A stretch of DNA of 64,000 nucleotides from a virus (taxonomy: Duplodnaviria > Heunggongvirae > Uroviricota > Caudoviricetes). The stretch spans positions 20,510-84,509 of the IMG/VR virus record IMGVR_UViG_3300045963_000248; one strand, written 5' to 3'. The notes below the pieces were generated by a model. That model saw only the letters and a program-made list of their open reading frames with translations. It was not told the DNA's origin and searched no databases. Of this stretch, positions 48,006 to 58,113 are shown in pieces. The position numbers and the translations under genes were made by a program. Positions within the stretch are counted from its first letter, which is position 1, and each line of letters begins with the position of its first letter.

Positions 48006-48226
48006 TTATACCTCAACATTACAGTTAAAAAAGCCAAGTTAGCAAAATAATTTATTAACAAAATATATTGGTGCGTCTGAAACGCAAATACAGTTAACAG
48101 GATTTCCCCGAATAGCCACAGGAGGAGCATTCCCCAGCCTATATGGCATCTTTTATCTTTATATGCTCTCAGAGCTTCGGGTAAACCACAAAGGGCTAAG
48201 CAAAGGCTTCCTGTAAACGCTATCAC
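47999..48226 (-). CDS. small 2-TM membrane protein
   Basis: 75 aa, hydrophobic. Confidence 0.4.
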   Translation of the reverse strand: MIAFTGSLCLALCGLPEALRAYKDKRCHIGWGMLLLWLFGEILLTVFAFQTHQYILLINYFANLAFLTVMLRYKC

Positions 48227-48229
48227 CTA

Positions 48230-48403
48230 ATACCCCCAATCCCAGTCATCATTCTTTTTTTCTTCGTCTTTTTCCGGCAAAATACACTCAAAGCTTTTAC
48301 AGCAATGTTCGCAAAATGCTCTACCGTTTTTTCGTACCCAAGCTGCATCTATTTTTATAGAACACTCGCAATACGGACATTCAATTAATTTAGTATCCAT
48401 TAT
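48230..48403 (-). CDS. Cys-rich zinc-finger mini-protein (57 aa, below ORF-track cutoff)
   Basis: MDTKLIECPYCECSIKIDAAWVRKNGRAFCEHCCKSFECI... Confidence 0.35.
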
Positions 48404-48651
48404 TTTCCTTTTGGAATGTTTACTAAACGTATTTCTAAAAACTTAGTATCTAAACCGCGAACTTTGGAAAAATCAACATCATGTTTTAAATTGTGATCAG
48501 CTTTTCGGTCAATTTTTCTGTATCCGTATTTAAACTTAATAATTACAGTTCCAGAAAAGAACCTACTGTGTAAATTTATAGCTATGCCGAAAGCTCGGAA
48601 AGTCCGAGAACCGTCGGCGGTAATGATTCTTTTTTCGTCTCTAATTAACAT
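48400..48651 (-). CDS. hypothetical protein (ATG start with AGGAG SD; track ORF 48400..48720 uses upstream TTG)
   Basis: ttaggagtaaaaATG at 48651. Confidence 0.4.
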   Translation of the reverse strand: MLIRDEKRIITADGSRTFRAFGIAINLHSRFFSGTVIIKFKYGYRKIDRKADHNLKHDVDFSKVRGLDTKFLEIRLVNIPKGK

Positions 48652-48777
48652 TTTTACTCCTAAAGCATAGCAAAAGCTACACAAACAATTCCCAAAACAA
48701 AGTGACCAGTACAGAAACAAATTATAGCGGCAAAAAATAACATAAATCCCCCTTTGCAGTTCCTAGAGTTAGTATAC

Positions 48778-49290
48778 CTATTTTTCAGAAGCTGTCAAGT
48801 CTTTTATAAATCTACTTACACTTTGACGCGGAATTCCATATTTTCTAGATATCTGCATAACTTTTAAACCGTTTTGGAAGTCAATTCTAATCTCAGAAAT
48901 TAACTGAGGCTCGTGAGGTTTATCGCCTTTTTTAGAAACTGAATATCTAGATTTTCCAGCGACGTTATCGGTATTTTCTTTAGCTGATACCCATCTCAAA
49001 TTTGAAACGTGATTATTATTTTTATCTCTATCAATATGATCTATATATTTGTGATTTTCAGGATTAGGAATAAAAGCTTCGGCTACTAATCGATGAATGT
49101 ATTCTTGGTATAATTTAGGATTATACATTCCAACTTTCCAATAACCGTTACCGTTAGTAGAAAGCTTTAAATAAATTTCATTTTTAATTGAATAAACTTT
49201 ACCTGAGTCACAGATACAATAGTTCGGGCACTGAGGGATCACTTTCATGTTCATAAATACTCCTATGTTAATAGGACAAGTATAGCTCAA
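48778..49290 (-). CDS. HNH homing endonuclease (HNH_3 + C-terminal HTH)
   Basis: YWKVG...IHRLVAEAFIPNPENHKYIDHIDRDKNNNHVSNLRWVSAKEN; sits between polA and downstream genes. Confidence 0.8.
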   Translation of the reverse strand: MSYTCPINIGVFMNMKVIPQCPNYCICDSGKVYSIKNEIYLKLSTNGNGYWKVGMYNPKLYQEYIHRLVAEAFIPNPENHKYIDHIDRDKNNNHVSNLRWVSAKENTDNVAGKSRYSVSKKGDKPHEPQLISEIRIDFQNGLKVMQISRKYGIPRQSVSRFIKDLTASEK

Positions 49291-49314
49291 CTTTAGTAAG
49301 AAGTCAAGCTTTTT

Positions 49315-51807
49315 TTAGTGCCCATCTGCAAATGTACTAGCTATTTCGGGCACCGCAATTAACGGCATTAATAAAGTATTAGTATTTTCCATACTATCCT
49401 GCATAATTACTTTAGCCCGTTCCAAATCTTTAGACTCACAAGTTACTATTATTTGGTCATGTACGACTGCGCAAATCCAAGCATTCAGTTTTTCACGTTT
49501 AAATTTAACCGTCATATCAATCATAGCTCTACTAACTAGACTAGTAGCTGCAGATTGTATTGGAAAATTCAAAGCATTATTTAATAAATTATTGTATTCT
49601 TTTCTAATAAATTTTAATTCGCTTAAAGGCACATATTTAGTTTTTGCAATATTTATTAGTTTTCTAAAATCTAAAATATCATCTCCAAACTGTTTACGTA
49701 TTTCTACAATTCTTGGTAAATGTCTTATTCTGCCAAACTTTGAGGTAACTCTTCCTGTAGTTTTTACTTCCTTTAAGTATTTATCCATAGAGCGCTTTAA
49801 ACCGGGAAAAGCGGTAAAATAGTTATCTATTATTTCCTGCGCTTCTGAGGGTTCGATATTAAGCATCTTGGATAATTTATAATCCTTAAGACCGTAACGA
49901 ATTCCAAGGGCGTAAGCTTTAGCATTTTGACGTTTATCCGGATTTACTTTCTTTAAAAAGTTAGGTGCTTTTTTATCAGCAGATACACCTTCTAATTTCT
50001 CAGCTCCAATTGCTACCACTGAATACATATCTAAGTTATCTGTAAATATTTTTATAAGAGCGTCATCCCCTGCATCGTCAGCAAAGACTCGCGGTTCCAG
50101 AGATTCATAGTCATCGTCTAAGAATTTAAAACCTTCAGGCGCAATAAATAATTCACGCACTCGATCAGTATAAAATACAATACGTGGATCTTCGGGATCT
50201 CCCTCGTCTTCTTCTAATTGTTTCGGCAATTGCTGTAAATCACTTGAAAAACGTCCACTAGTAGTTCCATGTTGTTTAAAACTAGGATAAAAAATACCGT
50301 CTTCCTGTTGCTCCAAAAACCGTTCAAAATAGCTACCTTTTATTTTTGTAAGCTTATTAAAAACGCGCAATTCCTTTGCCCACGCTAAATCGTGTTCAGA
50401 AGCTAGCAATTCTATCATTTCCTCGTTAAACTGTGGCGCACCCTTTTCAGTTTTACTAATCGGCTTTATTCCCATTAAATCAAATACTATTTTACCTAGC
50501 TGCTGCTTAGAGCCAATATTTACAGCATGCTCGCTTCCCGTGGAAGCAATTAACAGTCTTTTTTGTATTTCATCAATTTCGTACTCCATAAGCTGATTGG
50601 CGAAATCTTTTAAAAACTCTACTGCTCGCAATTTATCTGGAGCTATGTAAAAATCAGAAGGAAATTGTAAACTCTTTTTAGTAATAGAGTATTTTCCCGC
50701 AGCAGTAAGCGGCAAAGGTAAATCAAAAAGTCTAGCAACTTCCTGCGCAAAGCTTCCCGTATTCTTAGGCGGGAATTCCTCTGCTAAACGCTGCTTTACA
50801 AATTCCTGTCCTGCGTCTGTAGCTAATATTGCAATAACAACATTTGTTTCTATTTTTTTAAGCTCTACGCCAATGTCAAAATTATACTGTTTTAGTTTTT
50901 CCATGTCTAAATGTACACCTTTGCTTTCCATTGGAATCGTACATAAAGTATACAGAGGCATTACTTCCTCTTCGTAAAAAAAGTCTACTAAGTTTTCTTC
51001 TGCCAATCTTGTATTTAGATACTGGAATAATCTGAGTGTAATATCCACGTCAGCGTTACAGTATTTAGCTATTATTGGCATATCGCCTTTATACATTTCT
51101 TTATTGCTTTTTAACCATTTTCCACCTTTAGCCTTTACATTTTGCTCCAATTCCAGTTGCTCCTGATTAGCTGCATCCTGACCGTCAAATTGCAATTCTC
51201 TGCTAAAGCGTACAGCAAGGTCTTTTAAGCCGAAATTAGATTCCTCGTCTAGGGTATGCTGCATTAAAACAGTATCAGCGTATAGCGCCGGAGAAAGGTC
51301 TATTCCGAAGTTACTTTTAGTAATTCGAATATCGAAACTTGCATTGTGCATTATTAGTTTCTTTTTTAGGAGTTCCCGAATTACTCTGTCAGCAGCTCCT
51401 CCCGGTTCCGTTACCCATGTTAAAATGTGATCTAGTGAATTCGGAGTCGGGAATCCTTCTTTGTATTCGTACAGCGGTAAATACCAAGCTTCTCCCGGGC
51501 ACCCGCACACAGCAAAGCCAATTACAGTATCTTTTCTGGTGTTTAATCCTGTAGTTTCAGTATCGTATGCTAAAATGTCATATTTTCGAATGTGAGCTAG
51601 CATCTCCTGAAAATCACTAGCATTCTGTACAACATTGTATTGCTTAAATTTAATTTTGTATAGCAGTAAATATTTAGAGGAAAACTCAAATTCGCATTCC
51701 TGAAAAATTAACTGATCGCCTTGGAAATACGGTTTTGTAAGTTCCCCGGCTGAAATTGCTTCCAACAAATCGCGGTATGCACTGTCTGAGTCTATACTAT
51801 AAATCAT
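49315..51807 (-). CDS. polA: DNA polymerase I (family A) with 3'-5' exonuclease domain
   Basis: exo I ILAYDTETTGL; motif A DYESLEPRV; motif B RQNAKAYALGIRYG; motif C VHDQ. Confidence 0.9.
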   Translation of the reverse strand: MIYSIDSDSAYRDLLEAISAGELTKPYFQGDQLIFQECEFEFSSKYLLLYKIKFKQYNVVQNASDFQEMLAHIRKYDILAYDTETTGLNTRKDTVIGFAVCGCPGEAWYLPLYEYKEGFPTPNSLDHILTWVTEPGGAADRVIRELLKKKLIMHNASFDIRITKSNFGIDLSPALYADTVLMQHTLDEESNFGLKDLAVRFSRELQFDGQDAANQEQLELEQNVKAKGGKWLKSNKEMYKGDMPIIAKYCNADVDITLRLFQYLNTRLAEENLVDFFYEEEVMPLYTLCTIPMESKGVHLDMEKLKQYNFDIGVELKKIETNVVIAILATDAGQEFVKQRLAEEFPPKNTGSFAQEVARLFDLPLPLTAAGKYSITKKSLQFPSDFYIAPDKLRAVEFLKDFANQLMEYEIDEIQKRLLIASTGSEHAVNIGSKQQLGKIVFDLMGIKPISKTEKGAPQFNEEMIELLASEHDLAWAKELRVFNKLTKIKGSYFERFLEQQEDGIFYPSFKQHGTTSGRFSSDLQQLPKQLEEDEGDPEDPRIVFYTDRVRELFIAPEGFKFLDDDYESLEPRVFADDAGDDALIKIFTDNLDMYSVVAIGAEKLEGVSADKKAPNFLKKVNPDKRQNAKAYALGIRYGLKDYKLSKMLNIEPSEAQEIIDNYFTAFPGLKRSMDKYLKEVKTTGRVTSKFGRIRHLPRIVEIRKQFGDDILDFRKLINIAKTKYVPLSELKFIRKEYNNLLNNALNFPIQSAATSLVSRAMIDMTVKFKREKLNAWICAVVHDQIIVTCESKDLERAKVIMQDSMENTNTLLMPLIAVPEIASTFADGH

Positions 51808-51912
51808 TAGTATCCTCCGTAAATAATAAACTGCATGTAGTTGTAGCTATGCGACACGGTAATTCCAACAACTAAAAAAGCAAATACTTTTTTCCAGTGG
51901 ACTGCCATAAAT

Positions 51913-52110
51913 CTATTTAATTTCATGTAAATCCTTTTGTATAAAATTAATCAATTGGATTCCTGTAGTTTTATTTATACTGAGTACACACTTGACTAAT
52001 TCAGTTACTTCTTCTTTGTCTCGCATTACTAATCTAATTTTCCCTGCGTTAGCGTTTACCCCAAAATCCGAAATGCTCTGTGCCATAATTTTAACGTGTG
52101 TTGTATTCAT
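51913..52110 (-). CDS. small hypothetical protein
   Basis: 65 aa. Confidence 0.4.
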   Translation of the reverse strand: MNTTHVKIMAQSISDFGVNANAGKIRLVMRDKEEVTELVKCVLSINKTTGIQLINFIQKDLHEIK

Positions 52111-52143
52111 TTTCTACCTCCCTTTGGTAAAAACAGAATAGCA

Positions 52144-52551
52144 TTAATTTAAAACTGTGTCAACTCTATCAACTAATTTATTGATATTATACATATTTAT
52201 CTTACCCCGAGTCCCCGGTTCGATTAGCTGCATTGCACGTAAATTTCGTAAAGCTTTCTCAAAAGTTTTATCGCACATATTTACGTTATAGCAATGGTGA
52301 TGCACTTTATTTCCCGGCTCTGCAGTATACAAATAATACAAAACAGTGAGATCTGCACCAGAGAGTATTTGCAATTGTTCCGGCGTAACCAGAGTGGGTA
52401 GCCAGCTCCGGGAAACCATTTCTGCTTCGTAAAAATATGTGGAAATAGTTTTTAGGTGTGTATTTAGCCTATTAGCTAATTCCTGTCTGCTAGCTCCGGG
52501 AAAAGCACGAATTCCTAAAGCTATTTTTAAAATAACGTAAGGTCTATTCAT
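52144..52551 (-). CDS. hypothetical protein, possible wHTH regulator
   Basis: 135 aa; ASRQELANRLNTHLKTISTYF helix-turn-helix-like. Confidence 0.4.
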   Translation of the reverse strand: MNRPYVILKIALGIRAFPGASRQELANRLNTHLKTISTYFYEAEMVSRSWLPTLVTPEQLQILSGADLTVLYYLYTAEPGNKVHHHCYNVNMCDKTFEKALRNLRAMQLIEPGTRGKINMYNINKLVDRVDTVLN

Positions 52552-52753
52552 TTTTTACTCCCGTAAGCATGTTTCCAATTTTATTTGCTAAATATAGAAT
52601 AATTACTGTAGCACAAACTGCTATAAAGTTTTTAGTATCAAAAACGTAATTCTGCTGTAGGTAAAATGCTACCTGTACTCCAATTGCTGCAGCTCCAGCT
52701 CCGAGGGAAATTAATGCTAATCCTAAAAGCGTATTTAGTATTTGTCTTTTCAT
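52544..52753 (-). CDS. small 2-TM membrane protein
   Basis: 69 aa hydrophobic. Confidence 0.4.
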   Translation of the reverse strand: MKRQILNTLLGLALISLGAGAAAIGVQVAFYLQQNYVFDTKNFIAVCATVIILYLANKIGNMLTGVKNE

Positions 52754-52761
52754 TGTTACTC

Positions 52762-52998
52762 CTAAAAGTATTTGTTCTTGCGCAAAAATTCTACGAAAAT
52801 TTTAGCGTCTTTTAGTTTTTTAAAGTATTTAATCTTACTTTTATTTTGTCTTTTGATGTGTACTTTGTAATACTCTATTCCTGTTATACACACTTTGAAC
52901 ACGTATTCTTTACCTATTCTTTTTTTAGTTGCCGACGTATTTACACCGTTGTGTAAAGGTTTTGGCAACCCGTAAATTTTCTCATTAATGTAATTCAT
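52762..52998 (-). CDS. small basic protein
   Basis: 78 aa, K/R-rich. Confidence 0.4.
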   Translation of the reverse strand: MNYINEKIYGLPKPLHNGVNTSATKKRIGKEYVFKVCITGIEYYKVHIKRQNKSKIKYFKKLKDAKIFVEFLRKNKYF

Positions 52999-54977
52999 TA
53001 AAATAACCCTCCGTCTGCTCCCGCAGCTTCTCTTTTTCTCTGTAAAAGTTCCTGTAATTCCTGTGCTTCAATTTCTTCCAATTCCCGCAGAGTTCCGCGT
53101 AAGCCGTTCCAAGCCAAATCCACGTGGAAAAGTTGCCCGGTACGATTTTTTACACAATCAATACTAAAATAATTATCAAACTCAGGAGTCCGGGAACTGT
53201 ATCCCGGTCTGTGAACTGTAAGCATAGCTGTAACTGCCTGAGCAACGCTGGCAGAGCCTTTAGCAGCGTTATAGCTTGTAATAGGCTGATCTACAGTACT
53301 AGACATTTTATTAGGCTGTAATAGCACTATGACGATTTTATTTGTATTTATAGCAATTTCCCGAAGTCCTTGGATAACTTCCGCAGAAGCTTGCGTAGGG
53401 TCGGAATATTTTGACTGTACGAGTTCCAGATAGTCAACAATAATTAAGGGGATGTCGATACCGAGGAGCTGTTCTCTTTTGACAATACTCTCTTTAATCT
53501 CGTCAATACTCTGACCTGTCTTGAAAACGAAGGATACATTAGCGTAATTATCCTGTAAAATATCGTGGACCTTTTTGATTTCCAAATGATTATCAGAAGT
53601 ATAAATGTCGTAAAGCTCATCTCGTTTCATTCCAGTATGTCTTTGTGTAAGCTTTTGTATCACATCATACTGAGACATGTCAAATGAAAAGAACATACTA
53701 TGGTAACTATTTTTACTAGTATGATTTATCATATTTAAAGCAAGGGAAGTTTTACCCGATCCCGGAGAGCCGAGAATACTATAAAGCCTTCCACGCTGGA
53801 AATTTAACTGTCTGTCTAAAGCGGGAATACCTACCTGCATAGTGTTTTCATCTATGTTTTTAGCATAGTGGATAAATGCTTCGTACCCTTCTCCAATCCC
53901 TACTACGTCTCGCATATCCTGTTGTTTTATAGAAGCAGGAATATGTGCATTAATTTTTTGTAATAGTGCATCAGTTTTTACAGAATAAGTTCCCCCGAGC
54001 CAAAGCGGAGAGTAAATCTGAGTAATAATGTTTTTCCAAATTTCATCTTTAGAAAATTTATCTGATCCGGTGCGAGCACTTTGTAAATCGGCTGCAGCTT
54101 TCAGAGCGTAGTAATTATGAGTTTCGTCCATTCCCATAGCTTTATTACTAGCACCTAAAATCATTAGCGCGTGGGAGCGTTCCCCCGCTTCGAAATAGCC
54201 TAAGCTCAGTGCGTATTTTTCCGGGGAGAGCTTATCTGGTTTTTTTGTCCAATCAATTTTAGAGAAATCTAAATCCGGAGTAATTTCGGAAAGTGTCTTT
54301 TCAATTTTAGGAGTTGCATCCTTCAGCTTCTTCAGGATGCCTGGCAAAGCTGCAGGAAGCCATGCTCCGGCAATATCGTCGGGTGTATAGTTTATTTTAG
54401 CATTAGCTTTCACTACGTCCACTGTTGAATTTAGGTCAGCAATTGAACAAGGTATTTTGTATAGCCCGGTATCTTTGTGTCTCGTTAAAGGGATTCTAAA
54501 GATCCTAGTAGCGTTATAAATACTAGTATCAAAAGATTTTAAACCTTTTGCCAAATTTGACGCAATGTTTTTAGCTTCTGTAGGTGTTAAGAAAGTATCT
54601 TTTAGTTCCACGGAAACTTCGAATCCTTTGCTCCCGGAAAAGAATATCTGAATCGATTCCTCGGGAATCCCGTTCTGCTTTAGACGGGAAATGATTTCTT
54701 TTGCATCGTCTCGTGCTAAATCTGGATTATCTTCTGGATCTTTTGGATTTGGTCGGTGATCAAAATCGAAAGCTAGTTTATTGGTAATTACGTCTTTCAT
54801 TCCAGCAACGCTACCACGCTCTGAAAACTCTTTAAATTGGTTTTCGTTAAACAGATATATCGATTTATAGAAATCTCTATCTAGTGTCGGTAATTGACTA
54901 TAAACGTCTGTGGTAACTGGTATTAGTTTACCTTTATCAGTTAAGCTGTCGCAGAGTCTGTAATACAGTTGTGTCAT
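52998..54977 (-). CDS. bifunctional primase-polymerase (AEP-like) / DnaB-type helicase
   Basis: N-terminal KLAFDFDH (DxD); C-terminal Walker A GSPGSGKTS and Walker B LIIVDYLE. Confidence 0.85.
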   Translation of the reverse strand: MTQLYYRLCDSLTDKGKLIPVTTDVYSQLPTLDRDFYKSIYLFNENQFKEFSERGSVAGMKDVITNKLAFDFDHRPNPKDPEDNPDLARDDAKEIISRLKQNGIPEESIQIFFSGSKGFEVSVELKDTFLTPTEAKNIASNLAKGLKSFDTSIYNATRIFRIPLTRHKDTGLYKIPCSIADLNSTVDVVKANAKINYTPDDIAGAWLPAALPGILKKLKDATPKIEKTLSEITPDLDFSKIDWTKKPDKLSPEKYALSLGYFEAGERSHALMILGASNKAMGMDETHNYYALKAAADLQSARTGSDKFSKDEIWKNIITQIYSPLWLGGTYSVKTDALLQKINAHIPASIKQQDMRDVVGIGEGYEAFIHYAKNIDENTMQVGIPALDRQLNFQRGRLYSILGSPGSGKTSLALNMINHTSKNSYHSMFFSFDMSQYDVIQKLTQRHTGMKRDELYDIYTSDNHLEIKKVHDILQDNYANVSFVFKTGQSIDEIKESIVKREQLLGIDIPLIIVDYLELVQSKYSDPTQASAEVIQGLREIAINTNKIVIVLLQPNKMSSTVDQPITSYNAAKGSASVAQAVTAMLTVHRPGYSSRTPEFDNYFSIDCVKNRTGQLFHVDLAWNGLRGTLRELEEIEAQELQELLQRKREAAGADGGLF

Positions 54978-55195
54978 TTTTGTTCCTTCTTTAAAATTAA
55001 TTCAGCTTCTTTAATTGCCTGTCGTGTGGTTAAATAGTCGTGCATTGCCATCATCGCATTTGCAAACCAACCAAGCATTAAGCCTTCGTCAATATCCTCT
55101 ATTTTCCAATTTTGTTCTTTTTTGGTTCGCATAAAAAAATCAGCCCACACTTTCGCATCTGGACTAAAATGTATATTCTTATCATAATCACTCAT
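54974..55195 (-). CDS. small hypothetical protein
   Basis: 73 aa. Confidence 0.4.
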   Translation of the reverse strand: MSDYDKNIHFSPDAKVWADFFMRTKKEQNWKIEDIDEGLMLGWFANAMMAMHDYLTTRQAIKEAELILKKEQK

Positions 55196-55211
55196 CTCTA
55201 ATCCTCCTCTG

Positions 55212-55568
55212 TTATTCTAAAAATATTGCTTCACCGAATTTGGTGTAATCTATTAAGTTACTTTTATATCCCTTGGGACACAATCCCTTTTCATCGCATA
55301 GGTAATTAAGCACAATCCCGTCCCTATTATTCACCCACTGATAATAAGCCTTCTTTTCTTTTGGTGGAGTGTGGATTGACCAGTCTTCGGGATATTCAAA
55401 AATGTAATTATTCCTCGTCCACGAAGAGTCGCCAGGGAATTGTCTCATTATTTGACCATCTACTAATTTAACTATGTGAGTTTTATTTGATATTTCTTTT
55501 CCACTTAACAACGCTTCCATTAATTCTTTTTGTGAGTTCATTTTAGTTCTCCTACTTCCTTTAACCAT
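55212..55568 (-). CDS. hypothetical protein
   Basis: 118 aa. Confidence 0.45.
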   Translation of the reverse strand: MVKGSRRTKMNSQKELMEALLSGKEISNKTHIVKLVDGQIMRQFPGDSSWTRNNYIFEYPEDWSIHTPPKEKKAYYQWVNNRDGIVLNYLCDEKGLCPKGYKSNLIDYTKFGEAIFLE

Positions 55569-55960
55569 TGTTTTTCAACCTCTGTCGGATAATCTTTTTC
55601 TACAAAATATGATTTCGCTTGCTCAAGAAGTTTGTCTCTCTTTTGGATTTCATTTTCATACGAATTATATTTATATTTCTTCACTTGACATGAAACAGTC
55701 CCAGAATCATTGGATAAGAAATTTTCACAATGGTAATTCATGGAATTATTTAAATCATATTTCAACTTATCTATTTCTTCCTGCGCTTTTTTACGAGCTT
55801 TGGCATAAGCAAGCCATGCTTCATGTGTATCGAAATCTACATAGTCATCTATGCTGTGTGGGTATCTTTCAAGTTGAAGATCCCTAGGCGAGTCATTATT
55901 AAGCACATAAATCTCAAACTCCTCTCTCCACTTATTCTCTAATTCATCTTGTGAGTTCAT
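55538..55960 (-). CDS. hypothetical protein
   Basis: 140 aa. Confidence 0.45.
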   Translation of the reverse strand: MNSQDELENKWREEFEIYVLNNDSPRDLQLERYPHSIDDYVDFDTHEAWLAYAKARKKAQEEIDKLKYDLNNSMNYHCENFLSNDSGTVSCQVKKYKYNSYENEIQKRDKLLEQAKSYFVEKDYPTEVEKQWLKEVGELK

Positions 55961-56221
55961 TTATTCTCCTTTGTCGAATAGCTTTTCTTTAAGATTTAAA
56001 AAATCTAAACTGGAATTTGTTCCAAATGTGTTCATGAATATTTCACTAAACTCACTCTCTGTTATTTCAATTTTCTTTTCAGGTAAATCAAAGGTGACTG
56101 TTATTTTGTGTTTATGACAATGTTCCTTTTCTCTAACTGGGTAGGCATAAGGTAAAAAATTGCCTTCTTTTAAAATATCTATACCTCTATCGCAAGTCCA
56201 AAACTCTTTTGTCGTTTTCAT
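55961..56221 (-). CDS. small hypothetical protein
   Basis: 86 aa. Confidence 0.4.
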   Translation of the reverse strand: MKTTKEFWTCDRGIDILKEGNFLPYAYPVREKEHCHKHKITVTFDLPEKKIEITESEFSEIFMNTFGTNSSLDFLNLKEKLFDKGE

Positions 56222-56241
56222 TCATCCTCCTTTTAAGGGCA

Positions 56242-56511
56242 CTAGTTTTCTTCTTCTCTTTTTACTCTGTTACGGTGCAGTTCCCGCTGAGTTTCTTTTA
56301 CAGCTAAATCAAATCCTTCAAATTTACCCATCTGTATTCTTTCGAAATCAATAGCTGTTTGAATATTTTCCTGAGTAGTAGGATCTGTAGTATTTTCCAT
56401 AGCTACATTTAAATTATCGTTAGTGTTTTTTAATTCAGCTAGAGTGGGATTTTTACCGCAACTAGCTAATAGTGTTAATATTATTATGCTACGCATTTGA
56501 ATGTCCCCCAT
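56242..56511 (-). CDS. small lipoprotein
   Basis: MRSIIILTLLASC lipobox. Confidence 0.4.
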   Translation of the reverse strand: MGDIQMRSIIILTLLASCGKNPTLAELKNTNDNLNVAMENTTDPTTQENIQTAIDFERIQMGKFEGFDLAVKETQRELHRNRVKREEEN

Positions 56512-56729
56512 TTTTTTAGTTCTTTAAAGCTAGCTTCTAATTCCAGTTTTTCATCTATTAAACTTACGTATCTTTCGAATACAATTTGTCTATCTTTGGA
56601 ATTGTGAATTATATCCATATATTCCTCGATTAACTTAATCTCACTTAACAAATTATCATACTTTTTTACCATTACATAGCTAATTTGCATAAACCCTCCT
56701 ACTCGTATTCCCCATTTATACGCGCCCAT
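56484..56729 (-). CDS. small hypothetical protein
   Basis: 81 aa. Confidence 0.4.
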   Translation of the reverse strand: MGAYKWGIRVGGFMQISYVMVKKYDNLLSEIKLIEEYMDIIHNSKDRQIVFERYVSLIDEKLELEASFKELKKWGTFKCVA

Positions 56730-56950
56730 TCCTCGATTACAGCAACTTCGTGCATAGTTTCGCGGAATCTTTTCTCAAATCTTGGTATTAAATCTGACAG
56801 GTGTGAATTGTCCTCTTCCAGCTCCGGGTGTAAATCTATAAGTGCGTTTATAGCAACTTCTGGATCGTCACAGGATACTCTGTAAAGGTCTGTACAGATT
56901 TCGTAAAGCTCACTGTTGGGTACGTTCTGAATGTATTCTTGTATTTTCAT
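56699..56950 (-). CDS. small acidic protein
   Basis: 83 aa. Confidence 0.4.
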   Translation of the reverse strand: MKIQEYIQNVPNSELYEICTDLYRVSCDDPEVAINALIDLHPELEEDNSHLSDLIPRFEKRFRETMHEVAVIEEWARINGEYE

Positions 56951-56989
56951 TTTTCCCCCTAATTCAGTGTATCATATCTAAAAAACATG

Positions 56990-57172
56990 TCAAGCTTTCT
57001 TTTTTAAAATCTCACTTGGCGGCAAATTCATTAACTTATTTTTTACAGGTTTTGTTTTATTCCTAGATAAATACTTGGAAATAGCTATTTGAGTTTCTCG
57101 TATCATTTCGTCCCACTCTCTCCGAATGCGAGATCCCGGAGGAAACCAATCGTCTATGGTCAGCTTAGCCAC
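56990..57172 (-). CDS. small basic protein
   Basis: 60 aa. Confidence 0.35.
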   Translation of the reverse strand: MAKLTIDDWFPPGSRIRREWDEMIRETQIAISKYLSRNKTKPVKNKLMNLPPSEILKKKA

Positions 57173-57180
57173 TTAAACTC

Positions 57181-57206
57181 CAAAAAGCCGGATTTTAGGC
57201 TCCGGC
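57181..57206 (-). terminator. intrinsic terminator on minus strand (GCCGGA-loop-TCCGGC + U-run)
   Basis: 6-bp stem 57187..57192 / 57201..57206; A-run 57181..57186 on + strand; downstream of 57241..57513. Confidence 0.5.
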
Positions 57207-57240
57207 AAACCTCTACGCCTATCATTTGGCTTTTAGGGAC

Positions 57241-57513
57241 TTAGCCCAATTTAACTAGTAATCTTCTTTTTAACTGTGGAGATTCTTTAGCCTGTGCTTC
57301 ACGCATAGTTTGCTTAAATTCCTCAGTGCTTTTCGGAGAGTTAAAAATCCTTTCGTATTTTGCTTTTGGGTCCTCAACTTGGATTTTCATTCCTTTTTTT
57401 AATTCAATATCTTTAAATACTGAAATCTGTAGGAATTTCTCACCTGTTTGCGAGTTTACATTTTCGTACAATGCTGCGAATTCTACTGGATAATTTGATT
57501 TTACTTCTGACAT
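57241..57513 (-). CDS. hypothetical protein
   Basis: 90 aa, downstream of ERF. Confidence 0.45.
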   Translation of the reverse strand: MSEVKSNYPVEFAALYENVNSQTGEKFLQISVFKDIELKKGMKIQVEDPKAKYERIFNSPKSTEEFKQTMREAQAKESPQLKRRLLVKLG

Positions 57514-57522
57514 TTTTTACTC

Positions 57523-58113
57523 CTAAATACCTAAATCATTTTCAGATTTAGCTGTTGTTTTATTTCTTGAAAAGCTTGGTGCTTTTACTGTTGCTTTTGC
57601 TGCAGAATCTGTGAGTTTTGGCGGTGTATTCCCATCGGCTAAAGTTGCAGCAGTAGATAATTTACCTTCTGGTAAGTTAGGTGCGGAAGCCTTCACTACT
57701 ACAGCTTGCGGAACAGGTCTAGCTTCTGTGCTAGCGTCGGTATCCTCAGATGCCATGCCTAAAATAGCTTGCAAACTGTATCTTCTTAAATACGAAATAG
57801 CTGCACCGGCTTTTTGAGTTACATTTATTTTATTCATTTCTGGAATACCAATACTGGATTCCTCTGAAATGTATTGTCCAGATTTATGTAATAAAATAGT
57901 TGTCAGGGAAACTTCCGTAAGTGTAGATTTACCTACAAGTTGAGTTACCGATAAACCATTTTTTTCTAACACTGGCTTTGCTGTCGCTAAAACGCTAGCA
58001 AGGTCGGAGTAATTGTATCCGTATCCTGAGCTGTCTTTTTTAGCTGTGGAAAGTTCTGCTTGAGCTAACGCTAACGCTGCTCCAATTTCGTTTAAGTTTT
58101 CTGATGTTCTCAT
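57523..58113 (-). CDS. ERF-family single-strand annealing protein
   Basis: SGYGYNYSDLASVLATAKPVLEKNGL resembles P22 Erf N-terminal motif (FGKYKYRSCEDILEGVKPLL). Confidence 0.6.
   Translation of the reverse strand: MRTSENLNEIGAALALAQAELSTAKKDSSGYGYNYSDLASVLATAKPVLEKNGLSVTQLVGKSTLTEVSLTTILLHKSGQYISEESSIGIPEMNKINVTQKAGAAISYLRRYSLQAILGMASEDTDASTEARPVPQAVVVKASAPNLPEGKLSTAATLADGNTPPKLTDSAAKATVKAPSFSRNKTTAKSENDLGI

Noticed and set aside
49315-54977. Checked polA, primase-helicase and terminase for inteins
   Set aside because: No Cys/Ser-initiated Hint blocks or HN-C/S/T junctions interrupt their catalytic motifs. The only Hint domain is in 32847..34958.
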